DNA of 64,000 nt from NCBI GenBank assembly GCA_965601925.1, contig OZ271854.1, forward strand, positions 448,001-512,000, read 5' to 3'. This document shows positions 17,916-28,502 of the stretch, piece by piece. Position numbers and translations under genes: made by a program. The notes beneath the pieces are model-generated. The model worked only from the letters and a program-made list of their open reading frames with translations, was not told the DNA's origin and did no database searches. How positions within the stretch are numbered: position 1 is the first letter of the stretch; each line of letters opens with the position of its first letter. This stretch comes from Alkalispirochaeta sp. (lineage in GTDB: Bacteria; Spirochaetota; Spirochaetia; DSM-27196; Alkalispirochaetaceae).

Positions 17916-19298
17916 ATGGAACGACTCCTTCTTACATTGTCGCATCGCGTGCGGCGCTATGTGCTGCTCATCCGTAGCGTATCCGCGGTTCTCCTCCGTC
18001 ATTCCTCGGGGAGTCTTGCCGACCGTCAGCGACGTTACTTCCGATCGCGCATGAGGGTCCTGCACCGCCGGGCATCGCGTTATGAGATGACCGATATTAC
18101 CAGACTCGACCGCGACGCTGGAGATACGGCGGCACGAACGTTCGATCGCGGCGCGGTATGGGAAATACGCCTCACCGGGCCGCGGGGCATTCGTCATTCG
18201 GTAGGTGACACGTTGCTTTTACGATGGTCGAACCCGCCGCACCTCGTCGACGAGATCATCGGCATTTTGCAATGCGCCGATACTCGACGCTATCCGATCA
18301 TCACCCACTCCAGCGTCTTTCAGCCGGGCCGACTACGGTACGCACGACTCAGACGCATCCTGGAAGAGGATATCGAGCTCCGGGTGGCCGGGCCTCAGCT
18401 GCTCGATCGTCTCGGATACGGTGCGTCACACCCGCTTGGCGGTAACGGACTCGACCGTCTCGCCCCGCAGCACGTAGGGGACGGTCGCGGTGTCTCCCTG
18501 ACCGCTACGCTGCGGAGTGCGACACCACCGATCGGCCCACGCGAGCTACTTCGCCTCCAACCGCGAACCACGGCACGAGCGTACTCCCTCAGTCGCGTGG
18601 AGCGCGGTGGACGCCTTTTCGGACGGGACCGAGTGGAGATTATCGTGAGCGCCGCAGAGACGAAAGTAAAGGAGCCCGACGGCGCCATCGTACCGGCCGA
18701 CGGTCGTGCAACGGCTTTTGTACGCCGTCTACACGAAAACGCTCAGCCGCGTATCGTCCACGCGTGGAGCCTGCGCCACCCGTGGCGCTTGGACACACAG
18801 CAGTCCGAGCGGTTGGTTATCATCGTTACCGGAACGGGGATCGCTGGCGCACTCGCATGGCTGCGGGAGCGTACAATGCACGGCACGGGAGCGACGCCTA
18901 CATCGGTGTGGCTTATCTTCGGCGTGCGCGCATGGAGCCGCTACGGCCTGTACCAGGAGGAACTCCTCGACTACCGCCGCCGCTCTATAATCGACGAGAT
19001 GGACATCGCACAGTCCCGCAGTGAGGTCGAGGAGCCGAGCGTAACGGATGCCGGGGCGCGGCTTCACCATTGCACTCGCGTTACCGACGTTGTGGCGCGC
19101 CGGCGGGAGACGTTCACCGAGTGGCTCGCAGCGGGCGCTGCGCTGTACGTATCGGGTACACGCGCCATGGGTTCGGCCGTGCGACGCGAAATAGTCTCCG
19201 CCGCCGTTCACGCCGGCTTGGCGCGCGAAGCCGACGATGCACAGCGGCATATTACCGCTTGGGAAGAGGACGGCCGGGCTCAGTTCTCGATATCCTGA
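17916..19298 (+). CDS. FNR-superfamily FAD/NAD(P)H-binding protein resembling the C-terminal part of CysJ/P450 reductase
   Basis: RAYSLS, GRATAFV, IVTGTGIAG, WLIFGVR, LYVSG..MG, EEDGR; no flavodoxin domain. Confidence 0.65.
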   Translation: MERLLLTLSHRVRRYVLLIRSVSAVLLRHSSGSLADRQRRYFRSRMRVLHRRASRYEMTDITRLDRDAGDTAARTFDRGAVWEIRLTGPRGIRHSVGDTLLLRWSNPPHLVDEIIGILQCADTRRYPIITHSSVFQPGRLRYARLRRILEEDIELRVAGPQLLDRLGYGASHPLGGNGLDRLAPQHVGDGRGVSLTATLRSATPPIGPRELLRLQPRTTARAYSLSRVERGGRLFGRDRVEIIVSAAETKVKEPDGAIVPADGRATAFVRRLHENAQPRIVHAWSLRHPWRLDTQQSERLVIIVTGTGIAGALAWLRERTMHGTGATPTSVWLIFGVRAWSRYGLYQEELLDYRRRSIIDEMDIAQSRSEVEEPSVTDAGARLHHCTRVTDVVARRRETFTEWLAAGAALYVSGTRAMGSAVRREIVSAAVHAGLAREADDAQRHITAWEEDGRAQFSIS

Positions 19299-19506
19299 TC
19301 CCTGGTTTTCACACCGGGATCAAATTGGAGGACGGGCTCGGTACGTCGCGCTATCGGCGATCGGCAGGCGGACTCAACACGACCAGCTCCGAAAATATAC
19401 CGAACGATATACAGCCACCTCGCGACGAAGGCGGTATCTTTATTATCGCAGAACAAAAACTTATTGATTTGGTCGGGTATTCGAAACGCTGATCGAGGTA
19501 GGAGAC

Positions 19507-22299
19507 GTGGTACGAAAGAACGTACTGCAGGCTGCGGTAGCGGCAAGCGTCGCTCTCTTTTTGTCGGCCGGTTGTATACAACCGTTCGGGTTCTCCCCCG
19601 AAGCGCTGCAAGCCACCGCTCAAGAAGAGCTCCCCCAGGTTGAAGCACCCCTCTTTGCTATCGCCCCGGGCGTATACAATCGCGATCTATCGTTGTCACT
19701 CTCCACACCGACCGCGGAGGCGACGATCCATGTAACGACGGACGGCACGACACCGACCGAGTCGTCGCCGGTATACACCGGTCCGATACCCATCACGGGA
19801 CACGAAACGACCGTCACGATACAAGCGATAGCCGCCAAAGAGGACATGCGCCCAAGCGATGTAGCGAGCGCGACCTATACGATCAACTACAACGCGGTAA
19901 ATCCCCCGACCTTTTCGGTGCTGCCGGGAACCTACAATACCGATCAGTTCGTCTCCATCGTGAGCGATGAGCCGGTGGCGACGATCTTCTACACCACCGA
20001 CGGCACCGATCCCGATCCCGCAGACCCGTCGCAGATCTACGGCGGTCCGATTCCGGTCGTCGGCCACGATACGATCGTCACCATCAACGCGATCGCCGTT
20101 GCGCCCCAAGCGCTCCCCAGCACCGTGGCGAGCGCGACCTACACCATCAACTACAACGCGGTAAATCCCCCGACCTTTTCGGTGCTGCCGGGAACCTACA
20201 ATACCGATCAGTCCGTCTCCATCGAGAGCGATGAGCCGGCGGCGACGATCTTCTACACCACCGACGGCACCGATCCCGATCCCGCAGACCCGTCGCAGAT
20301 CTACGGCGGTCCGATTCCGGTCGTCGGCCACGATACGATCGTCACCATCAACGCAATCGCCGTTGCGCCCCAAACGCTCCCCAGCACCGTGGCGAGCGCG
20401 ACCTACACCATTAACTACGACGCGGCAAATGCTCCCTCTTTTAGCCTCGCTCCCGGCACCTACGACACCGACCAAAGTGTAACGATCACCAACAACGATC
20501 CCGATGCGACGATCTACTACACCACCGACGGGTCCGATCCCGATACAAACGATCCGTCGCAGATCTACGGCGGGGAGACGATATCGGTCGCCGGTCATAA
20601 CACAACTGTTACGATTATCGCCACTGCGACCGCGCCGCAAAAGCAACCCGCCACGGTGACCGGCACCTACTCGATCGTTTGGAACACCGTCGCGACGCCG
20701 ATCTTCCAAACGAGCGCGGCGCCGACGTACGACAACGCAATCTCGGTCTCCATCTCCATGTCGACCGCGGGAGCGACCATCCACTACACCACCGACGGCT
20801 CACCGCCTACGGCGTCATCGACGCAGTACGGGGGGCCCATCGCGGTCGATGGGACGACTACCATTCGGGCGATCGGTGTTCGCTCGGGGTACGTCGACTC
20901 GGCCGGCGCGACTGCAACCTACAATTTCAAGACGGCGCCGGTGTCGATAAATACCTCCGGAGGAACATTCAACAACGCCGTCGCCGGTGTGGAGCTCTCG
21001 ACAAATACGAGCGGCGCCACGATCCACTACACGACCGACGGCTCCACGCCCACGCCGTCATCGACGCAATACGGCGGCCCACTCACGATAACCTCGACGC
21101 AAACACTCCGAGCAATCGCCGTCAAGACCGACTACGCCGACTCCAATGTGGCGAGCGAAACGTACACCTTGGTGGTAGCCGACGTGTTCTTCAGCATCAC
21201 CGGTGGAACCTTCGACAACGACATCAACACCATAACGCTGTGGACGGAGACGAACGACGCAACGATCTACTACACCACCGACGGCAGTTTTCCAAACCCG
21301 GCAACGTCCGACGTCTACAGCGCGCCGTTGTCGGTCACATCGAGTCAAACGATCAGCACCATCGCGGTCAAGAACGGGTATACCGATTCCAACGAAGTGT
21401 TCAACGAGTACACGATGGAGGTCGCCCCGGTCACTTTCACCCCGAACGGCGGCACCTACAATAACGATCTGGCCGCCGTAACGCTCTCTACCAACACAAC
21501 CGACGCAACGATCCACTACACTACGGACAACACTACGCCCACGACGGGATCGCCGATATACGGCGCCCCGTTGTCCGTCACATCGGATCAGACGATCCGC
21601 GCCATCGCCGTTAAGAACGGATATGCGGGTACGGGTGTGTTCACCGCATCATATGCGTTTCAAGTCGCGGAGGTCGATTTCAGCGTCGCACCGGGGAGTT
21701 ACACGCAATCGTTTAATGTAGCACTCACGACGACGACAACCGGAGCCGCCGTTCACTATACCCTCGACGGCTCCGAGCCGACGGCGAGCTCACCGACATA
21801 CTCCGGATCGATTCCCATCCAAGAGACGACGACATTGCGAGCGCGCGCATTCAGGAACGGATACACGGCCGGCCCGATAAGTACGGCCGCCTACACGCTC
21901 GATACGCCGTATCACAACACCACCTTCGCCGATGTGCAGCAGGCGCAGGATGCCGGACAGTTGAACACGACACCGACAGACAACAGCGGGGCCAACCGAC
22001 TGCCGTTAGGCACGGTCTTCTATATCAGCACCGATCAAGGCAGGCTGGTCAAGCTCGTGCTGCGAGAAGATAAGGGAGACGGGTACTGGTACGATCTCAT
22101 TGCGTATAACAACGACGGTTCGGTATTTCAGCACCGCGTGCGGAACTTCATCAACCCGAACAACTCCGTCGACGCCGACTTTGGATTCACCTACGAGGGG
22201 ACGGGAACGGGAGAGTTCGCTCTGACGGCGGCGGACGGTACACCACCAACGAGCTTCATACCGATAAACGGGGCGACAATGCTCGTTATCCGCCCGTGA
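19507..22299 (+). CDS. Surface lipoprotein with nine Fn3-associated/chitobiase C-terminal-like repeats
   Basis: Lipobox LSAGC; nine repeats of P.F...G.Y....ATI.YTTDG..P...Y..PI; unique C-terminal domain. Confidence 0.88.
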   Translation: MVRKNVLQAAVAASVALFLSAGCIQPFGFSPEALQATAQEELPQVEAPLFAIAPGVYNRDLSLSLSTPTAEATIHVTTDGTTPTESSPVYTGPIPITGHETTVTIQAIAAKEDMRPSDVASATYTINYNAVNPPTFSVLPGTYNTDQFVSIVSDEPVATIFYTTDGTDPDPADPSQIYGGPIPVVGHDTIVTINAIAVAPQALPSTVASATYTINYNAVNPPTFSVLPGTYNTDQSVSIESDEPAATIFYTTDGTDPDPADPSQIYGGPIPVVGHDTIVTINAIAVAPQTLPSTVASATYTINYDAANAPSFSLAPGTYDTDQSVTITNNDPDATIYYTTDGSDPDTNDPSQIYGGETISVAGHNTTVTIIATATAPQKQPATVTGTYSIVWNTVATPIFQTSAAPTYDNAISVSISMSTAGATIHYTTDGSPPTASSTQYGGPIAVDGTTTIRAIGVRSGYVDSAGATATYNFKTAPVSINTSGGTFNNAVAGVELSTNTSGATIHYTTDGSTPTPSSTQYGGPLTITSTQTLRAIAVKTDYADSNVASETYTLVVADVFFSITGGTFDNDINTITLWTETNDATIYYTTDGSFPNPATSDVYSAPLSVTSSQTISTIAVKNGYTDSNEVFNEYTMEVAPVTFTPNGGTYNNDLAAVTLSTNTTDATIHYTTDNTTPTTGSPIYGAPLSVTSDQTIRAIAVKNGYAGTGVFTASYAFQVAEVDFSVAPGSYTQSFNVALTTTTTGAAVHYTLDGSEPTASSPTYSGSIPIQETTTLRARAFRNGYTAGPISTAAYTLDTPYHNTTFADVQQAQDAGQLNTTPTDNSGANRLPLGTVFYISTDQGRLVKLVLREDKGDGYWYDLIAYNNDGSVFQHRVRNFINPNNSVDADFGFTYEGTGTGEFALTAADGTPPTSFIPINGATMLVIRP
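19882..20409 (+). repeat. Near-identical 264-bp tandem duplication within the lipoprotein gene
   Basis: ATCAACTACAACGCGGTAAATCCCCCGACC... starts at 19882 and again at 20146; only a few substitutions. Confidence 0.95.
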
Positions 22300-22422
22300 G
22301 CACGCGGCGGCCGTCGCTTCAGGTCGGTTCGTAGTGCGGCGTGTTGCCCGCCGGCTTTGAGCGATCACAAACCTCGCTCCACCCCCTATCCCAACCGGCC
22401 CGATCCCGGATAGCTTCCCTCC

Positions 22423-24255
22423 ATGCACAAAGATGCCGCCAACCAACGCTTGCGCAACATCGCGATCATCGCCCACGTCGACCACGGAAAGACGACCCTG
22501 GTAGACGCCCTCTTTCGCCAATCCGGCGTCTTTCGCCACGGGCAGGAGGCGGCGGAGCGCCTCATGGACAGTATGGACCTGGAGCGGGAGCGCGGCATTA
22601 CCATCGCCGCCAAAAACGGCGCCATCTCCTGGAAGGGTATCAAGATAAACATCCTGGATACGCCGGGACACGCCGACTTCGGCGGGGAAGTGGAACGGGC
22701 GCTCTCTATGGTGGACGGCGTGTTGTTACTCGTCGACGCCTCGGAGGGGCCGTTGCCCCAGACACGCTTCGTCCTGGACAAGGCGCTACGCGCATCGCTC
22801 CACGTGGTAATCGTGATCAACAAGATCGACCGTTCCGATGCGCGTCCCCTGGAAGTACTCGATGAAATCTACGATCTCCTCATCGACCTGGACGCGGGAG
22901 AAGAACAGCTGGACTGCCCCGTGCTCTTCGCCGACGGCAGAAGCGGCATCGCCAAAAAGAGTCTGGAGGAGGAGTCGGATAACCTGCATGCGCTCATGGA
23001 TACGATCGTGGAGGAGGTTCCGCCCCCGGTCTACAACTCGTCGGAGCCGTTTCAGATGTTGGTGTCCGACCTCTCCTACTCGGACTTTCTGGGACGTTTG
23101 GCGGTCGGCAAAGTGATCCACGGCTCGGCCAGGAGTCGCGAATCGTTGGTGTGCTTGGGCGAGCACGAACGACAGACCAATCTCAGCGTTACCCGTCTGC
23201 AGACCCACGAGGGTCCGTCATTGAGGGATGCGGAGGTCGCATCGCCCGGCGATATCGTGGTGCTTGCCGGCGTGGAGGACGTGCATATCGGCGATACCAT
23301 CTGCGCCAAGACCGCACCCAAGGCGCTTCCCCGCATCACGGTGGACGAACCCACGGTATCCATGCTCTTTGCTCCCAATACCTCGCCTCTGTTAGGACGC
23401 GAGGGGAAGATCGTCCAGTCGAGCAAAATCTACGAACGTCTCAAGAAAGAGACGATGCTCAACGTCTCCATCCAAGTCGAGGAGACCGCGAGCAAAGAGG
23501 GGTTCATCGTCAAGGGGCGCGGAGAGTTTCAGATGGTCATCCTCCTGGAGACGATGCGTCGCGAGGGCTTTGAGCTCAATGTCGGGCGCCCCAAGGTGAT
23601 CTTTCGCACCGAAAACGGCAAGACACTAGAGCCGATCGAGCATCTGTTCCTGGAGTGCGACGAGAGCTTCACCGGCGTGGTGACCGAGAAGCTCTCCAAG
23701 CGCAAGGGACGTATGCTCAGCTACGAGATTCACAAAGGCAACCGCGCGAGGTTGGAGTTCAGCGTGCCGTCCCGAAGCTTGTTGGGATATCGCGACGAGT
23801 TCCTCACCGACACGCGCGGTACCGGAATCATCAACTCGTCGCTTCTCGGGTATGAACCGCATCGCGGCGAGTTTCTGAATCGCTTTACCGGCTCTCTCGT
23901 GGCCGACAGATCGGGAGAGGCGGTACCGTATGCGCTCTTTAACTTGGAGCCCCGCGGTCAACTGTTCATCGCCCCGGGCGAGCCGGTCTACGAAGGGATG
24001 ATCGTCGGCGAACACAACAGAGAGAACGACCTCAACGTCAATCCGTGCAAGACCAAAAAACTCACCAATATGCGCGCCGCCGGCAAGGACGACGCGGTGG
24101 TCCTCACCCCGATTCTTCCCATGACTCTGGAGCGAGCCATCCAGTTCATTCGCGACGACGAGATGGTGGAGGTAACGCCGGAGTCCATCCGCCTACGCAA
24201 GGTGTACCTCGCCGCGCACCATCGTAAGGCTGACTTACGCAAACAGTCGGTGTAA
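22423..24255 (+). CDS. typA: Translational GTPase TypA/BipA
   Basis: RNIAIIAHVDHGKTTLVD, ERERGITI, DTPGHADFGGEVER, NKID, KKLTNMRA, EVTP.SIRLRK. Confidence 0.98.
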   Translation: MHKDAANQRLRNIAIIAHVDHGKTTLVDALFRQSGVFRHGQEAAERLMDSMDLERERGITIAAKNGAISWKGIKINILDTPGHADFGGEVERALSMVDGVLLLVDASEGPLPQTRFVLDKALRASLHVVIVINKIDRSDARPLEVLDEIYDLLIDLDAGEEQLDCPVLFADGRSGIAKKSLEEESDNLHALMDTIVEEVPPPVYNSSEPFQMLVSDLSYSDFLGRLAVGKVIHGSARSRESLVCLGEHERQTNLSVTRLQTHEGPSLRDAEVASPGDIVVLAGVEDVHIGDTICAKTAPKALPRITVDEPTVSMLFAPNTSPLLGREGKIVQSSKIYERLKKETMLNVSIQVEETASKEGFIVKGRGEFQMVILLETMRREGFELNVGRPKVIFRTENGKTLEPIEHLFLECDESFTGVVTEKLSKRKGRMLSYEIHKGNRARLEFSVPSRSLLGYRDEFLTDTRGTGIINSSLLGYEPHRGEFLNRFTGSLVADRSGEAVPYALFNLEPRGQLFIAPGEPVYEGMIVGEHNRENDLNVNPCKTKKLTNMRAAGKDDAVVLTPILPMTLERAIQFIRDDEMVEVTPESIRLRKVYLAAHHRKADLRKQSV

Positions 24256-24393
24256 AATACCGTAAGGAGATATTCATCTCCCCTATGTAAGACGATTTTC
24301 AGCGTCAAAAATATATCGAACGATATATAGCCGGTGTAAACGGCCGCGAATATGCTCACCCACACGGATCGCGGCCGGTCGGAGAAATACGCT

Positions 24394-26052
24394 ATGAAAA
24401 TCTGGCTGAAGGTAGTCTTTGTCGTCTTACCCATCCTCTTCACGACGCTCGTCATCGGCGGCATATCGTCCTTTTTCGTGGCCGTGAACGGGGTCAATCG
24501 CGTTACCACCGAGTTCCTCGACTTCAAGGTCTCGGAGCTGGAGCGTCACATGGCGAGCGAGTGGGACCTGTTGGCTCAGAACGGACTAACCGGTAATCCC
24601 GTGATGGTACAGGCGACACAGGCCGGTATCGAGGTATACGCACGCTCGCTCGTGCGCGGCGAGTCGGAGCTCATCCTCGCCGTCGACCCCGATCTTCGGG
24701 TGGTGATGGCGACCGACGATATCGCCCTGGAAGACGAAGAACGCGATCGACTCGCGGAGGTGATCGGCAACGCCGAGCGCGGCTTACAAAGCGTTACGAT
24801 CGCCGAGATCGAGCGCGTGGCGATGAGCTTCTCGTTCGAGCCGTTCGGATGGTTTGTCTTCGTCTCCGAGGGACGAGACGCCTTCTACACCTACCTCAAC
24901 CGGATAACCGTACAGACCATCATACTTATTCTGGGAGGATCGACATTCTCGATTCTGCTGATTCTCTTCTTTGTACGGTTTACCATGCAGCCTCTCTCCC
25001 GTATGGCAGCGGCAATGAAGACGATCATTTCGTCCAACGACCTGAGCGAGCGTGTCGAGGTGGAGCACGACGACGAGATAGGCCAGGTATCACACACCTT
25101 CAACATCATGATCGGAGAGCTGGACAAAGCGTACAACACGATCAAGCAGTACGCCTTTGAGGCGGTAGTCGCGCAGAAGAAAGAGATGAAGATCCGCAAC
25201 ATTTTCCAGAAGTACGTTCCCCAGGAGCTCATCGATCGCTTTTTCGTCAATCCGGACGCGATGTTGGTCGGCGAAAATCGCGAGATCGCCGTGCTCTTCT
25301 CCGATATTCGGTCGTTCACGACGATATCCGAGCGCATGAGCCCCGACGATCTGGTGAACTCGCTCAACCGCTACTTCTCGGTGATGGTCGATATCATCAT
25401 GAATCGCAACGGCGTGGTGGATAAGTACATCGGCGACGCCATTATGGCGATATTCGGCGCGCCTGTGCGCCACGACGACGACCCGTTGCAATCGGTGCGG
25501 GCCGGCATGGAGATGGTCGACGCGGTCAAAGTCTTCAATCAAGAGCAGCTCCGTACGGGCAAGCCGGAATTCCGTATCGGAGTCGGGATTGCATACGGTG
25601 AGGTTACCGTCGGGAACATCGGCACCGAGCGCAAGATGGACTACACCGTCATCGGCGACATGGTCAACCTCGCCTCGCGTCTGGAAGGTCTCACGAAGCT
25701 GTATCGCCAAGATTTGATCATCTCCGAGAGCTTGTACGAGGAGGTGAAGAACGAGATCCCGTGTCGCCTCATCGACGCGGTGGCGGTCAAAGGGAAACAT
25801 CAGAGCGTGCGGATTTATACGGCCCACGGAGCGCTCTCCGCCGAGGAGGAGCGCGCCCTCAAACTCCACAACGAGGGCATGGAGCTCTATTTCAACCGGG
25901 AGTTCAACGGGTGTGTGGAGAAGTTCGACGAGATAGAGGCTCTCGGCAAGAGCGAGCACGTCAATGAGCTCATGCTGCAACGGTGCCGGACCTATGAGAA
26001 CGATCCGCCCCCCAGCGACTGGGACGGCGTGGAGATCATAAAGAGCAAGTAG
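24394..26052 (+). CDS. Membrane class III adenylate cyclase (sensor-HAMP-cyclase)
   Basis: Two TM segments, HAMP (DDEIGQV), FSDIRSFT, DKYIGDAIMA, DYTVIGDMVNLASRLE; Lys/Asp specificity residues indicate ATP. Confidence 0.93.
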   Translation: MKIWLKVVFVVLPILFTTLVIGGISSFFVAVNGVNRVTTEFLDFKVSELERHMASEWDLLAQNGLTGNPVMVQATQAGIEVYARSLVRGESELILAVDPDLRVVMATDDIALEDEERDRLAEVIGNAERGLQSVTIAEIERVAMSFSFEPFGWFVFVSEGRDAFYTYLNRITVQTIILILGGSTFSILLILFFVRFTMQPLSRMAAAMKTIISSNDLSERVEVEHDDEIGQVSHTFNIMIGELDKAYNTIKQYAFEAVVAQKKEMKIRNIFQKYVPQELIDRFFVNPDAMLVGENREIAVLFSDIRSFTTISERMSPDDLVNSLNRYFSVMVDIIMNRNGVVDKYIGDAIMAIFGAPVRHDDDPLQSVRAGMEMVDAVKVFNQEQLRTGKPEFRIGVGIAYGEVTVGNIGTERKMDYTVIGDMVNLASRLEGLTKLYRQDLIISESLYEEVKNEIPCRLIDAVAVKGKHQSVRIYTAHGALSAEEERALKLHNEGMELYFNREFNGCVEKFDEIEALGKSEHVNELMLQRCRTYENDPPPSDWDGVEIIKSK

Positions 26053-26053
26053 C

Positions 26054-27247
26054 GTGGCGATGAAAGCGCACACGACGATGATGACCATGGCGTGCCTCAT
26101 GGCGTGGCCGCATGGGGCTGTATACGCGCAGGAGACGGCGAGTACGCGCCCTACGGCCGTCATCCACATTGACGATTTCTCGCCGGCCGCGGGAGAAGGT
26201 GCTACGAGGGAGATCGTGTTGTCGGCGCTCCGCGATCTGTTGCAGACCCTCGGGTTCGATTCGGTCGACCGCTCGATGGGAGCGGCCGACGATGCGGAGC
26301 TCTCCCGGACGGCGGCACTGGCCGACGCCGGGGCGATCGGAGCCGACGTAGCGGTTACGGGCTTTTTCCGTCAGACGGAACGGGAGGTGTTGATTAACCT
26401 GAAGGTCCACGATGTCGAACAGGGAGTCGTACTGGCGAGCCTCTTGGACCGGGGTCGCCCCGGGCTCGCATTCTACAACGCCCTCCCGTCGACGATAGAA
26501 GGTTTGCGACCCGCTCTGGAAGCGTTTTTGGACGACCGTTACGTGTACATCCCTTCCGAGACCGAGGTGCGGAAGATCACGCTCCGTTCGCGCGATGACG
26601 GCGCACGAGTATACTTTGCCGACCGTTTCGTGGGGTCGATATCGGGGGGCGAGTTGGTCGTGCCGTTTACTCCGTTCGAGATAGGCTCCGTCGTCACACT
26701 CCGTATGACACAGCCGGACTATCACGATCTGCACGCCGATATCCTCCTGGACTCGCGAGCCGTCGTCGTGACGTTACGTCCTATGACGCCGCAAACCTCG
26801 GTCGCGGCGACGTTCTCTTGGGAGTTGGACCGTGTTCTCGGTGTCGGCGCGGGAATACGCGCCTACCTTAGCCCGGACGAGACCTTCGGGGAGTTACAGC
26901 TCAACACGAGTGCCGACCCATTCGAGGGATACACGCGCACCGATGCGGCACTCGTCCTCGGACGGTACGCTTTTTTTGCCCCGACCTCGCCGATACGATT
27001 GTATCTGTCGGCGGGGGCCGGTTTTCTATGGTCGGTACCGATCGACGGATCGGGAGAGCGGTTCAGCGATTGGTATTTGTCGATCGCCAATCCGACGATC
27101 GAGTTCACGGTGCGCGGGCGGCGCCTCTTTGCCGGCGCGGAGTTGCGCTACAATCTCGGCGTACCGTCCGGTTATTGGAGTCGCACGTGGCTATTCATCG
27201 GCGACGCCGTTCCGCCGTTTATAGTGGGGACCGTGTTCACATGGTGA
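26054..27247 (+). CDS. Exported hypothetical protein with probable C-terminal beta-barrel
   Basis: Signal peptide (..AVYAQ), PEGA-like middle, amphipathic strands, ends GTVFTW; starts 2 bp after the cyclase stop. Confidence 0.65.
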   Translation: MAMKAHTTMMTMACLMAWPHGAVYAQETASTRPTAVIHIDDFSPAAGEGATREIVLSALRDLLQTLGFDSVDRSMGAADDAELSRTAALADAGAIGADVAVTGFFRQTEREVLINLKVHDVEQGVVLASLLDRGRPGLAFYNALPSTIEGLRPALEAFLDDRYVYIPSETEVRKITLRSRDDGARVYFADRFVGSISGGELVVPFTPFEIGSVVTLRMTQPDYHDLHADILLDSRAVVVTLRPMTPQTSVAATFSWELDRVLGVGAGIRAYLSPDETFGELQLNTSADPFEGYTRTDAALVLGRYAFFAPTSPIRLYLSAGAGFLWSVPIDGSGERFSDWYLSIANPTIEFTVRGRRLFAGAELRYNLGVPSGYWSRTWLFIGDAVPPFIVGTVFTW

Positions 27248-28491
27248 AACCGTTCTGCATACTGCTATCGGTCGCGACGGGCCTCCTCGGCGCATACGCA
27301 CAAATCGGCGCAGTACCGGAGGCGGCCGATACCGAACAACGTCGCTCCGTCATATTCTTCGCGGCCGGCGACGACGCCGATTTTACCACCGCCGAGCTTC
27401 GTATCGTGTACGAATCGCTCGTCTCGGCGATACGCCGCGCCGATCCCAACCTGGTCATTCTGGAGCACGACACCTTCGATACCCCGGAGGATCACGAGAG
27501 ACTCTACGCTGCGGCGCTGCGGGAGGGCGCTCACAGCTGGCTCTATGTCGAAGTGACAGGCTCCATGGAGGACGTAGGCGCGCGCGCCTCCTCGTACGAT
27601 ATTCTGCGGGATCGAGGACAAGCACACCTCGGTGACGGCGCCGAACGGGCGGTTCCCTTTCGACTCGTCGATCGACTCTATTGGCAGCCGCTCACCGAAT
27701 CGATGTACGTCTGGAACGATCCGGTAACGCGGCGAGTCGGCGTCACGGTCAACGCTCCGCCCGGTTCGACCATCCACGGCCTGACGGACGAAGCGGTACC
27801 GGTCGGCCCCGCGGGTGAAGTCGTGATACACGTCGAAAACCCGGCAACCTACACCGCCCGGGCCGAGCGCACCGAACACTTTCCCGCCGCCGAGACCTTT
27901 TATGTCGGATACGATTCGGTCGCTATCGATCTCGATCCCATCCCGGTGAGCACGTGGGGTGTCGATCTATCCCTCAACGGCCTGCAATTCCTGGGCGCGC
28001 GCGGGACGTACTACCCCGTGCCGGCGCGAGTATTCGTCCGTGCGGGCATCACCTCATACGCGGTGGGCGTATACTTAATATCGAGCCGGTCCGAGACGGA
28101 GACCCCGGAGCTGTTCGAGTTTAATCCGATGACGCTCCTCTCGGCTCAGGCGGGAGGATATCTCAACGCTCCGGAGCGCCGTATACGCCCCTACGGTGGA
28201 GCGGGAGCGTTCCTTCGCGTCCGTCACGACGGCGATAAGAACGGGCTGGATTCCGTCGCACCCTTCGGTCTGTCCGCGACGATCGGCGTTGAGTACGCTC
28301 CGTTTCTGAGAGTGCGCCTATTTCTGGAGTACGAACCGTTGGTTTATCTACCCGGGTCGGTGGACGATTTTATCGTCGTCTCGTTTCCGCAAGGGTACTA
28401 CGAGGGACGGTCGGTCCCGGGATACATCATCACCGATAATGCGGCGATCGACATGCGGAACACCGCCGTCGGCATCAGAATCTTCCTTTAG
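27241..28491 (+). CDS. Exported hypothetical protein with probable C-terminal beta-barrel
   Basis: Signal peptide (..GAYAQ), similar architecture to the upstream gene, ends VGIRIFL; start overlaps the previous stop. Confidence 0.65.
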   Translation: MVKPFCILLSVATGLLGAYAQIGAVPEAADTEQRRSVIFFAAGDDADFTTAELRIVYESLVSAIRRADPNLVILEHDTFDTPEDHERLYAAALREGAHSWLYVEVTGSMEDVGARASSYDILRDRGQAHLGDGAERAVPFRLVDRLYWQPLTESMYVWNDPVTRRVGVTVNAPPGSTIHGLTDEAVPVGPAGEVVIHVENPATYTARAERTEHFPAAETFYVGYDSVAIDLDPIPVSTWGVDLSLNGLQFLGARGTYYPVPARVFVRAGITSYAVGVYLISSRSETETPELFEFNPMTLLSAQAGGYLNAPERRIRPYGGAGAFLRVRHDGDKNGLDSVAPFGLSATIGVEYAPFLRVRLFLEYEPLVYLPGSVDDFIVVSFPQGYYEGRSVPGYIITDNAAIDMRNTAVGIRIFL

Positions 28492-28502
28492 TGTCGCCTC
28501 AT

